Below the pieces are notes generated by a model, which ran no database searches, was not told the origin of the DNA, and worked only from the letters and a program-made list of their open reading frames with translations. A program made the translations under genes and the position numbers. Of a DNA stretch of 64,000 nt, positions 55,056 to 64,000 are shown piece after piece (within the stretch, counting starts at the first letter, position 1; every line of letters begins with the position of its first letter). The DNA comes from a virus, in IMG/VR virus record IMGVR_UViG_3300023112_001138, positions 1 to 64,000 of that record, one strand, 5' to 3'.

Positions 55056-55988
55056 TTATTTTCTAATATTATCATAATTAGATTCGAACCATTCTATTGT
55101 TTCTTTCAAACCATCATATAAAGGGGTAAATTTAAAGTTAGGTAAGTAATGTTTAATTTTACTATTATCACTTGGTTTTCTAAATTGACCGTCTGGTTTA
55201 TTTTTATCGTATATAACTTCCCCTTTGAAATCCATTAACTCAACAATAACCCCTACTACTTCTTTTATTGATATTTCTTCTGATGTTGATAATATAATTG
55301 GTTCATCTTCATTATAATTATCTAATACCCATTCTGTTAATTTAGCCACATCTTTATTATAGATAAATTCTCTTAATGGTTTACCACTTCCCCATATCAT
55401 TAGTGGTGTGTTGGTTTCTCTAGCGATATAACATTTATGAATTAATGAGGGTACGACATGTCCGTTTTCTATATCAAAGTTATCATTAATACCATATATA
55501 TTTGTTGGGATAACTGATTTATAGTTTAAACCATATTGTTCTCTATAAGCCCTGATTTGAACATCAGCCATTCTTTTAGCGTAGGCGTAAGCGTCATTTG
55601 AAAAGTGTGGTGGACCTAAATGTATTTTATCTTCCGTAAGTGGATATTCTACATTATCTGGAAAAACACATGTTGATAAAAAACAAACTAGATTTTCTAT
55701 CCCGTATTTTCTTGCGGATTCAATAACATTAGTATTGATCATAATATTGTCATAAAAAAATTCACCTTTATAATTCATATTACCACCTAACCCACCTACT
55801 TTGGCGGCACAATGAATAACCGACCCCCAATCTGTAGAATTAATATTATTAACATAGTTATTAAAAATATTTTTTGTTTCACCAATATTTCTAAGATCAC
55901 AATCTGAAGAACTAAAATAACTATATTTTTCTCCCCTAAATTGTGACCCAACTAAACCGTTGCCCCCAGTTACTAATATTTTACGCAT
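55056..55988 (-). CDS. fcl: GDP-L-fucose synthase
   Basis: TGGNGLVG; HCAAKVGGLGGN; LSTCVFP; YAYAKR; WGSGKPLREF; KPDGQ. Confidence 0.93.
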   Translation of the reverse strand: MRKILVTGGNGLVGSQFRGEKYSYFSSSDCDLRNIGETKNIFNNYVNNINSTDWGSVIHCAAKVGGLGGNMNYKGEFFYDNIMINTNVIESARKYGIENLVCFLSTCVFPDNVEYPLTEDKIHLGPPHFSNDAYAYAKRMADVQIRAYREQYGLNYKSVIPTNIYGINDNFDIENGHVVPSLIHKCYIARETNTPLMIWGSGKPLREFIYNKDVAKLTEWVLDNYNEDEPIILSTSEEISIKEVVGVIVELMDFKGEVIYDKNKPDGQFRKPSDNSKIKHYLPNFKFTPLYDGLKETIEWFESNYDNIRK

Positions 55989-57015
55989 ATATAATATCTT
56001 TTTCTTTATAGTATTCTAACCAATACTCAATCATTTCATCTAACATAGTTTCAAATGTATATTTAGGTTGCCAATCCAGTTCACTTCTTAATTTAGTGGA
56101 ATCGCCCTTTAAATCGGTTAATTCTTCTGGTCTCATATGTTTACCTGAAATGGCAACATAATTTATATAGTTTAAATCTAATTTTTTAAAAACATATTCA
56201 CAAAGTTCTCTAACTGAGTGTGAAACACCAGTGGAACAAACATAATCATCTGGATTATCTGTCTGTAACATTAACCACATAGCTTCAATATAATCTTTAG
56301 CGTGTCCCCAATCTCTAGTTGCATCTAAATTACCTAAATGTAAGTTATTTTGTAAACCTAATTTTATTTTAACTGCCGCCTTAACTACTTTATTGGTTAC
56401 AAAATTAGTTCCACGTCTTGGTGATTCGTGATTGAACAATATCCCATTCCATATTTTCATATTATAAGAATTTCTATAATTCCTACAAATATTATATGAA
56501 AATACCTTAGCACACCCATAAGGTGAAACTGGTGTCATCGGTGTGGTTTCTCTTTGATACCCATCAGCATCGATATTGTTACCAAACATTTCTGATGAAC
56601 TTGCTTGATATATTTTTGAATGTGGAGATACCATTCTAACTGACTCTAATAAATTAAGTGTTCCCAATCCTGTTACATTGGCAGTGTATATTGGTTGATC
56701 GAAACTAACTTTTACGTGAGATTGAGCAGCTAAATTATATATCTCATCTGGTTGTACCATTTGTAATACCCTCACTAGTGATGCCATATCTGTAAGATCG
56801 GCATATTCTAAATTAATTTTACCTGATGAACGAAGGTGTTCTATTCTTGTTGATTGTGTTTCTGATACAGAGTTTCTTTTTACTGTACCCCATACTTCGT
56901 AATTTTTTTCTAATAAAAACTCTGCAAGGTATGAACCATCTTGTCCGTTAATTCCAGTGATGAGACATTTACGACCCTTATAAACACCATTTTCTTTTTT
57001 CACTTCTTTTCCCAT
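55981..57015 (-). CDS. gmd: GDP-mannose 4,6-dehydratase
   Basis: LITGINGQDGSYLAE; YNLAAQSHVKVSF; QASSSE; SPYGCAK; FNHESPRRG; RDWGHAKDY. Confidence 0.97.
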   Translation of the reverse strand: MGKEVKKENGVYKGRKCLITGINGQDGSYLAEFLLEKNYEVWGTVKRNSVSETQSTRIEHLRSSGKINLEYADLTDMASLVRVLQMVQPDEIYNLAAQSHVKVSFDQPIYTANVTGLGTLNLLESVRMVSPHSKIYQASSSEMFGNNIDADGYQRETTPMTPVSPYGCAKVFSYNICRNYRNSYNMKIWNGILFNHESPRRGTNFVTNKVVKAAVKIKLGLQNNLHLGNLDATRDWGHAKDYIEAMWLMLQTDNPDDYVCSTGVSHSVRELCEYVFKKLDLNYINYVAISGKHMRPEELTDLKGDSTKLRSELDWQPKYTFETMLDEMIEYWLEYYKEKDIIYA

Positions 57016-57050
57016 TTGTATTTATATTGTTTATTTATATTTACTTGTAA

Positions 57051-58304
57051 TTATAATTTAATTGCTTCTAAATTCAAACTCATTAATGTTCCATTTTTTT
57101 TATCCATATGTGGGAGATAGGCTTGGCTATAATCATCTATTTCTCTATGTGATGTTTTTCGCCAATCCCATTCTTTTACTTTATAAAATCCAACATCCAA
57201 CAATGATTTAGTTAGATTTTCTTTAGTAAAAATCATTCCATGATAATCATATTTATTTCTTTGTCCACCTACTAATAATCCAGTTATTAAAGATAAATCA
57301 TGGGTTTTATTATAATGTTCAATTATTTTATCTAAATCGGGCACTGCCAACCTTAAAATACCGCCAGGTCTTAATTTTTTAAACCATGTTTTTAAAACGT
57401 CTTTATATTCATATCTACCAAAATGTTCTAAAATGTGACTTCCATAGATTATATCATAAGAATCATCTTCAATGGAAGAAAGATGTTTAACGTCTTCTAT
57501 TTTATCTACCCTTTCTTTATTATCAATATCTATATTTTCCCATCCCTCCATATATCTTTTACCGCACCCCACATGTAATTTTTTAATTTTACTAATAGGT
57601 GGATTAATGATTAAACTTTTTTCTTGGGTTTTTGTCATGGGAGGATGGTGATGTTTAGACACATGAAACCCTGTTGTAATATCTAAGACTGGAAAATTTT
57701 CCTTATTATAATTTTTATCAATAAAAATCAAATTTACATTAGGGATATGAGCAATTAATTCATATCCTCGTTCATTTGCTAATTTAGTTAATGCTAACCC
57801 ACTAGCTCCGTAAAATTGTGTATTATCCCATTCATGTTCCGGATTATAAGGAACAGTTGTAGATTTTTCCCAATTGGAATTATATTCTACAATAACTACT
57901 TTGGGTTTAAATCGTAAATTATCCCATATCCAATAATCACACCCATCTAAATCTAAGGACAAAATATCAAAGTCTATGGGGGTATTAGTCTTTATTAAAA
58001 TTTCATCTAAAGTATCACCTTTTTCTAATGATACCATTTTATTAATACAGGATATATTATTATATGGTTTCATATTCTTAAGTAGTGTAGAATATTTTTC
58101 TTTATCACCCTCTATTAACGTAGCTGACCACCCTTTGGTAATGAGATTATATACATTACTATATTTTATTCCGTCCCAAGCACCTAATTCTACTGAATGC
58201 CCATTTTTTATATTTAAAGTATTAAATATTGCTTCTATGATGCCATCCTCTCCTCTTTGACTCCATACTTTCTTTTTATATTCATTTAAGTTTTCCATAA
58301 TCAA
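57051..58304 (-). CDS. Fused double SAM-dependent methyltransferase (FkbM-like plus class I)
   Basis: SQRGEDG...VELGAWDG...LSLDLDGCDYW; second domain KLHVGCG...SHILEH...LRPGGILRLAVPD. Confidence 0.8.
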   Translation of the reverse strand: MIMENLNEYKKKVWSQRGEDGIIEAIFNTLNIKNGHSVELGAWDGIKYSNVYNLITKGWSATLIEGDKEKYSTLLKNMKPYNNISCINKMVSLEKGDTLDEILIKTNTPIDFDILSLDLDGCDYWIWDNLRFKPKVVIVEYNSNWEKSTTVPYNPEHEWDNTQFYGASGLALTKLANERGYELIAHIPNVNLIFIDKNYNKENFPVLDITTGFHVSKHHHPPMTKTQEKSLIINPPISKIKKLHVGCGKRYMEGWENIDIDNKERVDKIEDVKHLSSIEDDSYDIIYGSHILEHFGRYEYKDVLKTWFKKLRPGGILRLAVPDLDKIIEHYNKTHDLSLITGLLVGGQRNKYDYHGMIFTKENLTKSLLDVGFYKVKEWDWRKTSHREIDDYSQAYLPHMDKKNGTLMSLNLEAIKL

Positions 58305-58307
58305 TTT

Positions 58308-59177
58308 TTATATTTTTTTATATTTAGGTGTAATTAAAGTAGGATAAAAATTAGGGTGCCATCCATGCCAATGTAGACCTAATCGAGGGTGAATCATTTT
58401 TTTACCTTGACCAGCTCTTTTATGATAAAATATTTTTTCACTAAAAAAAGAAAATAATCCAATCATAAAACTAAAGCTACCACTAGAAATAATTACATAT
58501 TTACAAGTACTACCAAAAAGTATTGTATCTATTTTATTTTCAACAAAAGGAATAATTTTATATTTTTTAATTAATCCTTGACAAATTTTATGTTCTATGT
58601 TATCTGAAGACATATAAATATTACTATATTCATCATTTAAAGAATCTATAATACCTTCATAAAAAGCCTGATCTGGTAATACAATATTTCTTAATGGGTG
58701 ACTATCTGGATACATATGGTTTGCTCGTATATGAATAAACATATCATTATTATTTTTATATCTATCTTTATATTTATTACGGGAAATAATATTATCACAT
58801 AATTCATTTTCACTATTTGCAAAATAGTGGGTAATATGTTTAACAATACCACTATCTTGACACCAACATGGTGGATTAAAAATATATTTAGTAGATTTAT
58901 CTATAGATAAATCACCATCTAAAAACTGTTTTATTTGAGTATCAGTTATTTGTTGGCTATTTTTTATTGGGTGTATATTTTCATCTTTAAATTCTACCCC
59001 TAATTCTAAAAAATCATCGGTTTTCCACTGATAGTGGGGTGGTAAATCATAGTGTTTTGGAATTTTTTCGTACTCACTTCCTGTGTTATATTTAATAGAT
59101 AACAAATAAGTTATCATATTACGAAAGAACACATTAGCAAATAATCCTCCTTGATTGTTATTTTTACATGAAAACAT
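58308..59177 (-). CDS. Alpha-1,2-fucosyltransferase-like protein (GT11)
   Basis: GGLFANVFF; FIHIR; MSSDN; IISSGSFSFMIG. Confidence 0.65.
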   Translation of the reverse strand: MFSCKNNNQGGLFANVFFRNMITYLLSIKYNTGSEYEKIPKHYDLPPHYQWKTDDFLELGVEFKDENIHPIKNSQQITDTQIKQFLDGDLSIDKSTKYIFNPPCWCQDSGIVKHITHYFANSENELCDNIISRNKYKDRYKNNNDMFIHIRANHMYPDSHPLRNIVLPDQAFYEGIIDSLNDEYSNIYMSSDNIEHKICQGLIKKYKIIPFVENKIDTILFGSTCKYVIISSGSFSFMIGLFSFFSEKIFYHKRAGQGKKMIHPRLGLHWHGWHPNFYPTLITPKYKKI

Positions 59178-59183
59178 ATATTT

Positions 59184-59825
59184 TTATATTTTTTTATTTA
59201 AGAATTTAAAATCAAAAAGCTCAATCTCTTTTGAATACCTATTTTGAATCTCGTCAATTAATTTTTTATCATAATAATAAGAATAATGGTTGTGGGTAGT
59301 TTTATTTATATGAATTAAATTTTTATTAAAATTAAATTTTTTATTTAGGTTATCATATTCTTCTTTTAAATCTTTTAAATCTATTATTTTATCTATTATA
59401 ATATTCCCTTCTAAATCACAGAGATATTTTTCTGCACCCCACGTTGGTCTTATAAGAGGAGATTTTAAATCATTAAGAAATAAGTCGCGATTAAATTTAT
59501 CATTATTTTTCCATAAATGTAAGGATAATAGGCGCTCATAGGTATTTCTAACGATAGAAATTTTATAATATTCATTAAATTTTTTAGGGTATAATTTTCT
59601 CATTTCTAAAGCAGTTGCATGCTTATAATTAAGTGCAAACGAATCCATTTTACTAAATTTATTATAGATATCACCACCTTCTTTTAAATTAACCATAGTA
59701 TTAAGACCCTTTCTATTAAAAGTACTTATTTTATCTACCGAAAAATCTTTCCACATTACTTCTAAAGAAGATCCTCCTGTTTTGGGAATATGAATAAATA
59801 TTATTTTTTTAGTATCAGATATCAT
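59184..59825 (-). CDS. Sulfotransferase family 2
   Basis: FIHIPKTGGSS and VRNTYERLLS PAPS-binding motifs. Confidence 0.85.
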   Translation of the reverse strand: MISDTKKIIFIHIPKTGGSSLEVMWKDFSVDKISTFNRKGLNTMVNLKEGGDIYNKFSKMDSFALNYKHATALEMRKLYPKKFNEYYKISIVRNTYERLLSLHLWKNNDKFNRDLFLNDLKSPLIRPTWGAEKYLCDLEGNIIIDKIIDLKDLKEEYDNLNKKFNFNKNLIHINKTTHNHYSYYYDKKLIDEIQNRYSKEIELFDFKFLNKKI

Positions 59826-60379
59826 TTTTCTATTGTTATAATTAACCTATCATCTACTATAAAGTTATTAGTTATATTAAGTGTTTTAAAACATTCATAA
59901 ATATTAGTGGTGGATATGTTACCCCAGTCCTCATATTTAGTTGTACCAAATAATCTAAAATCATCAATAATTATTATACCATGAGATGATTTATAATGCT
60001 TATCTATATGTTTACATTCTTTTATAATGGGAACCTCATAGATTCCTTTACTTGTTATACCACCAGACCAATGACCATCTAACCAAAATACAGTGTTATC
60101 AGGTATTTCACTAATTACTTTATCTAAGAGTGTTGCACTATCACCTAATATAAATTCTACATTATTTAAATAACTTAATTTTTTTCTAGTTTTTTTATAT
60201 ATTAACTCAGACACCTCGACAGTATAAATTTTTTTAAATAAAGAATACATCTCCATAACTGTTTCTCCTTGATATGTTCCCGTTTCTACAAAATAAGGAT
60301 ATTTAATATTTTCTAATTTATAATTTTTATTATTAATTATTTTTCTAATCTGATTATATTGTAGGTGAGTTAATTTCAT
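59822..60379 (-). CDS. Putative SAM-dependent methyltransferase
   Basis: FVETGTYQG...GDS...FWLDGHWSGG...IIIDDFRLF. Confidence 0.75.
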   Translation of the reverse strand: MKLTHLQYNQIRKIINNKNYKLENIKYPYFVETGTYQGETVMEMYSLFKKIYTVEVSELIYKKTRKKLSYLNNVEFILGDSATLLDKVISEIPDNTVFWLDGHWSGGITSKGIYEVPIIKECKHIDKHYKSSHGIIIIDDFRLFGTTKYEDWGNISTTNIYECFKTLNITNNFIVDDRLIITIEK

Positions 60380-60380
60380 T

Positions 60381-61148
60381 TCATCTATTCGTTAATACTA
60401 CAACTGGTTGTAATATCGCAGCTTTTCCAGTATCTTTTTCTAATGCATGATGTGAGAATCCGGAGGAATAAAGAATATCAAAATCCTCTATAAGTTTTCC
60501 CCATCTTTTTTTACCATAAATCCTGTGAGCATTCCATATTATTTTATCTCTCCCAATAGGTACAGATAAAAATAATTTCCCACCCTTCTTTAAAATATTT
60601 TTTTTAACATTTTTCATCGCTTTTAAATCCCCATCTGGGTCAATATTGTCACCATATCTCCCTAATCCGTCATGTTCAAATGAAGAAATAGAAAATACCA
60701 TATCAAACTTTGTTGGGTTTTTATCATATTCTGACACAGTTAATAATTTAAGTCTGTTATCGTTAGTAGTGATAGTATTATATTCTATAGTGGTAGGGTA
60801 TCCTCCATACGCTATACAAACAGATTCATACCATGGTTCTACTGACCCTAAAATGGCTACCGTTTTATTTTTAATGGGGTATTTGGATAAACAATCATAT
60901 AAAAATTTATCTGTTTCCCCATAATAATTAACTTGTTTTTTTAACGCTTTTTTTATAAGGGCATCAATCTCTTCTTTATCATAATAATTATTTTTTTTAT
61001 CATTAAGATAATCACTATTAATAAACCAATCTAATTTAGGTATAGTATTATTCATGGTAAATTTATTTTTATCATCTATCGACAAGTTCACCCAATTAAG
61101 TGGTACTTTTCTAAAATTATTAATTTTATCAGAAGGATTACTATTCAT
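60381..61148 (-). CDS. DUF268-like methyltransferase-fold protein
   Basis: GSVEPWYE...SISSFEHDGLGRYGDNIDPDGD...WNAHRIYG. Confidence 0.8.
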   Translation of the reverse strand: MNSNPSDKINNFRKVPLNWVNLSIDDKNKFTMNNTIPKLDWFINSDYLNDKKNNYYDKEEIDALIKKALKKQVNYYGETDKFLYDCLSKYPIKNKTVAILGSVEPWYESVCIAYGGYPTTIEYNTITTNDNRLKLLTVSEYDKNPTKFDMVFSISSFEHDGLGRYGDNIDPDGDLKAMKNVKKNILKKGGKLFLSVPIGRDKIIWNAHRIYGKKRWGKLIEDFDILYSSGFSHHALEKDTGKAAILQPVVVLTNR

Positions 61149-61208
61149 AATTTAACACTATTGTAGGTATATTAATATTTTTAATGTCTATTATTTTCAT
61201 AAGTTATA

Positions 61209-61901
61209 TTATATATTATAAATACTCTTTAAGTTATTTTTTTCTTCATTACCAATGGATTTTCTGGTGTTAGTTGACACCCACCAGTTAGGTAAAATTT
61301 TACCCCTTTTAAATATGTGTATGTAATCGGTTACTGTTGGAGTTGTGCAACATACCCCCCATTCATCATTAATCTTTAGTGTTTCCCAGTCCCATAAATT
61401 ATTACATTCTGGTAAGTATTTTAAAAAGTAATCCTTATCCCAAAGTGACATAGTTATAGATAAAAAATGATTTTCACCTTTTAAAGTTTCGTTAACACTA
61501 AAATTTTTATGGAACTCAATTATTTTATGTTTTCTATTGTTATTATCTGGTGTTAATCCTATCCTACCAATCTTATCATTCTTTATTTTTTCAATTAAAA
61601 AATCTAATATTTCATAATTAAAACTTTTAACTATTGGTTTATCATCCACCTCAATTATAAAATATTTTTCCTCTTTTTTAGAAAAATATTCATATAATTG
61701 TTGACATACTTTATCCACACCTTGATCTTCACCTAAACTTTCAAACCTGCAAAATAATGGTTTTACTTTAGGGTTAGAATAACCTAATACACAAACATCA
61801 CTTTTAGGGTGATATTTTTTATAAAAAGTATCCGCCATTTGTATAGTTGAGTTTACTAATTTATCAGATGTTAAAATGTAAGTCACAATATTTTGTCCCA
61901 T
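61209..61901 (-). CDS. Putative glycosyltransferase (GT-A-like)
   Basis: YFIIEVDD; SLWDKDYF; W-x-x-E motif; glycan-cluster context. Confidence 0.5.
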   Translation of the reverse strand: MGQNIVTYILTSDKLVNSTIQMADTFYKKYHPKSDVCVLGYSNPKVKPLFCRFESLGEDQGVDKVCQQLYEYFSKKEEKYFIIEVDDKPIVKSFNYEILDFLIEKIKNDKIGRIGLTPDNNNRKHKIIEFHKNFSVNETLKGENHFLSITMSLWDKDYFLKYLPECNNLWDWETLKINDEWGVCCTTPTVTDYIHIFKRGKILPNWWVSTNTRKSIGNEEKNNLKSIYNI

Positions 61902-61903
61902 AA

Positions 61904-62623
61904 TTAATTTAAAAGTTCTTTATAGTAATTTTTAGCTTGTTGGGTGGTTGGTTGTCCCCATCTAGTATTACCAACTATTAAAGAATCAAATCCACTACCA
62001 ATATCTAATAATGTAATGTTATTTTTAAATTTATGAATATCACTAATTAAACCAGGAGATTGCAAACCAACACTAAATAATATTATACAATCATCAGTTA
62101 TCGCATTTTTTATTTCTTCATAAATTTTATCCTTTTCATCATAAGCGTTTACTAATGGTATTGTAATGTAATCATCTATTTTTAGATAATTACAAATACC
62201 CTTTAATCTTTCTGGGCCAACATATATTTTTTTTCTTTTAGAGTTCGTAATACTTCTATAAAATTCTAATAAAGATTTATCACCTAATTTATTTTTTTGT
62301 ATCATTAACACTTCAAATGGTGAAATAAAATTAGGTTTTATGTTATTTTCATTATTAAAATGATTAAAAAACTTAAAGTTAGGGAAATCATGCGGGTTTT
62401 TTGGTGGATTGCTAGAATACCAATCAGATATGTAAGCACCAATAGATGATAGATATTTATACCCCTCTATATTATCATTACCTAAATCTTTACTGTATTT
62501 ATGTCCGTCAATATTTTCACCTTCTTTAAATTGCATAGAAATTATTTCCCCATCACCAATTTTAAGAAATACAAAATTGTCGTTATTACTAATTTTATCC
62601 GTAAAAAGTTCTATACTCATCAT
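61904..62623 (-). CDS. GT-D fold glycosyltransferase-like protein
   Basis: FLKIGDGE and LLDIGSGFD motifs. Confidence 0.65.
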   Translation of the reverse strand: MMSIELFTDKISNNDNFVFLKIGDGEIISMQFKEGENIDGHKYSKDLGNDNIEGYKYLSSIGAYISDWYSSNPPKNPHDFPNFKFFNHFNNENNIKPNFISPFEVLMIQKNKLGDKSLLEFYRSITNSKRKKIYVGPERLKGICNYLKIDDYITIPLVNAYDEKDKIYEEIKNAITDDCIILFSVGLQSPGLISDIHKFKNNITLLDIGSGFDSLIVGNTRWGQPTTQQAKNYYKELLN

Positions 62624-63303
62624 CTATTTGCACTTTTATAAACACCTGTCATTGATCCTTGTTTAACTAATCCGGGTTCTAACCAGTAACAATTAGTATT
62701 TAATTTATTAAAAAAATAATTTAATTCGAAATCAAAAGGTAAAACAATTTCTTTTATTTCTTCATAAAGTTTTTTAGCAAATTCTTTTTTTACAACATAC
62801 CCATCCACACATCTAGTTTTGGCTGGTGTTTTTTTATATATATTATTTTTTATTTTAATAGTTTTTGATAGGTTTGATTTATCTAAATTAAAAATATTAA
62901 ATGACGAACCAAAAAATATAACATCAAAATCTTCAGGGGTTTGTTTTATTAAATTTTCTAATCTACCATTAAAATCATTATTAAAAATAACATCATCCTC
63001 AATAATAATTGAGTAATCTTCTTTTGATTCTGATATTTTTTTTAATGCATCTAAATGGGATAAAGAATTACAAATTTCACTTAATTTTAGTTCTCTAAAT
63101 CCTATATTATTTATGTATAACCCTTTAGTTCTTTTTTCCCATAATTCTGGGTTTACCTTATAAAATTTATTTATCAAATTGGTGCTAATGGTTTCTCTTT
63201 CGTATTGTTCAATAAAACGATATTCTAAATTAAAACTATTTAATTTATTTATTAGATATTCCTTTCTATCTGTTAATTTTTTATAGTGTATAATATAGAT
63301 CAT
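62620..63303 (-). CDS. Glycosyltransferase family 25
   Basis: YIIHYKKLTDRK; EICNSLSH; IIIEDD; PFDFEL; VKQGS. Confidence 0.85.
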   Translation of the reverse strand: MIYIIHYKKLTDRKEYLINKLNSFNLEYRFIEQYERETISTNLINKFYKVNPELWEKRTKGLYINNIGFRELKLSEICNSLSHLDALKKISESKEDYSIIIEDDVIFNNDFNGRLENLIKQTPEDFDVIFFGSSFNIFNLDKSNLSKTIKIKNNIYKKTPAKTRCVDGYVVKKEFAKKLYEEIKEIVLPFDFELNYFFNKLNTNCYWLEPGLVKQGSMTGVYKSANR

Positions 63304-63308
63304 TTTAT

Positions 63309-63932
63309 TTAATTTATGTTATATAATAATAAAGATTTATCGGTATAGTTAGGGTAGTCTTCTGCGCAATTTTCAATAATAATATCTATAGGGTTAGTTA
63401 ACTTATATGGTTCTATTTCTAGATTTATTGGTCTCCATCCACCATCAGGTATATTTGCATTTAAAACAGATTTTCTCCAGTCATGACCCAAATTTTTATC
63501 TGTAAAGGAAGTTGTTAAAAGATATTTAACATTGCTATTTTTTACATTTTCTATAAATTTTAATATGTTATCATTACTTAAATGAACCAAACAATCTCTA
63601 ACTAATAATAAATCCACATCAGGTATTTTATCTGTTATGATATTTATAACTTTAAAATCAAAATTGTAGAGACTTTTGTTTTTTTCTATGATTTCAGGGA
63701 CAATATCTCCACCAATATATTCTATATTAGATAAATCCATTTCTTTCACCCAATTAAAATCACCACATGGCGCATCTAACATTGTTTTTATATTATATTT
63801 TTTTAAAAGATTTTGTAATCCTATTCTTAAATCTTTTGTGGTATCTAATTCTGATCCAGCCCCACTAACACTTTCTTTAGATGACCAAGCATTATTTTTA
63901 AATTTACTATGAAATATATTTGTTAAACTCAT
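63309..63932 (-). CDS. Class I SAM-dependent methyltransferase
   Basis: ESVSGAGS; LDAPCGDFNW; YIGGDIV; RDCLVHL. Confidence 0.85.
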   Translation of the reverse strand: MSLTNIFHSKFKNNAWSSKESVSGAGSELDTTKDLRIGLQNLLKKYNIKTMLDAPCGDFNWVKEMDLSNIEYIGGDIVPEIIEKNKSLYNFDFKVINIITDKIPDVDLLLVRDCLVHLSNDNILKFIENVKNSNVKYLLTTSFTDKNLGHDWRKSVLNANIPDGGWRPINLEIEPYKLTNPIDIIIENCAEDYPNYTDKSLLLYNIN

Positions 63933-64000
63933 CTAACCCTTTATTAGTTTTTCCCAATATGGAAATTTTAATTTTTCCATATTTTTATTTTCTTTAAAAT
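63933..64000 (-). CDS. 3' end of an upstream gene (partial), probably in the glycan cluster
   Basis: ...NMEKLKFPYWEKLIKG* ends directly before the ATG at 63932. Confidence 0.5.
   Translation of the reverse strand, partial: FKENKNMEKLKFPYWEKLIKG

Noticed and set aside
57016-57050. T4-type TATAAATA upstream of gmd on the minus strand
   Set aside because: Lies in an A-rich translation initiation region inside an operon and is opposite in orientation to the box used by the structural genes; likely chance.
1-64000. Stop-codon reassignment, as in some Bacteroidota phages
   Set aside because: Core genes are intact in the standard code, and TAG and TGA both end genes (capsid and portal TAG, protease-region and ATGA overlaps TGA).
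1-64000. tRNA, rRNA or structured ncRNA genes
   Set aside because: Intergenic gaps are short and AT-rich; no cloverleaf or GTTCRA T-loop context was recognised. A covariance-model scan would be needed to exclude them fully.
55056-64000. Bacterial chromosomal LPS/capsule locus or eukaryotic giant-virus origin
   Set aside because: The block is continuous and co-oriented with phage phoH, sigma and baseplate genes, no transport genes are visible, and the head genes are T4-like.

Overview
This is a gene-dense, AT-rich stretch of a large T4-like (myovirus) tailed phage genome in the standard genetic code. The host is very likely a Bacteroidota (Flavobacteria-like) bacterium. Host evidence: two exact TTTG-N20-TAnnTTTG promoters, A-rich starts without Shine-Dalgarno sites, signal peptides followed by Gln, and a T9SS type-B C-terminal domain. 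Layout: (1) ~1-19.8 kb and ~26-34 kb hold many late-promoter-driven 'hypothetical' proteins that share short N-terminal leaders ending in (I/L/V)-x-E; (2) ~19.8-25.8 kb holds host-type genes (DUF2927, ClpC, DNA methyltransferase, Hsp20, KTSC, T9SS-CTD protein); (3) 34.2-44.0 kb is the head module (terminase, portal, prohead protease, scaffold, major capsid protein), with an inserted outer-membrane beta-barrel and small membrane protein; (4) 44.9-51.1 kb on the minus strand holds baseplate/spike-like genes and a gp55-like sigma factor; (5) 51-64 kb holds glycosyltransferases, PhoH, gmd/fcl and a methyl-/sulfo-/fucosyltransferase cassette. The main candidate new system is a capsid cargo-addressing and processing system, inferred rather than tested. 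It combines an (A/G)TATTTAT late promoter, several interchangeable leader families (one resembling the scaffold's C-terminal helix), and prohead-protease-type (I/L/V)-x-E sites. These tags sit on diverse cargo domains, a 1435-aa modular polyprotein, leader-only micropeptides and a protamine-like peptide. All family assignments come from motif recognition by eye; no database searches were run.
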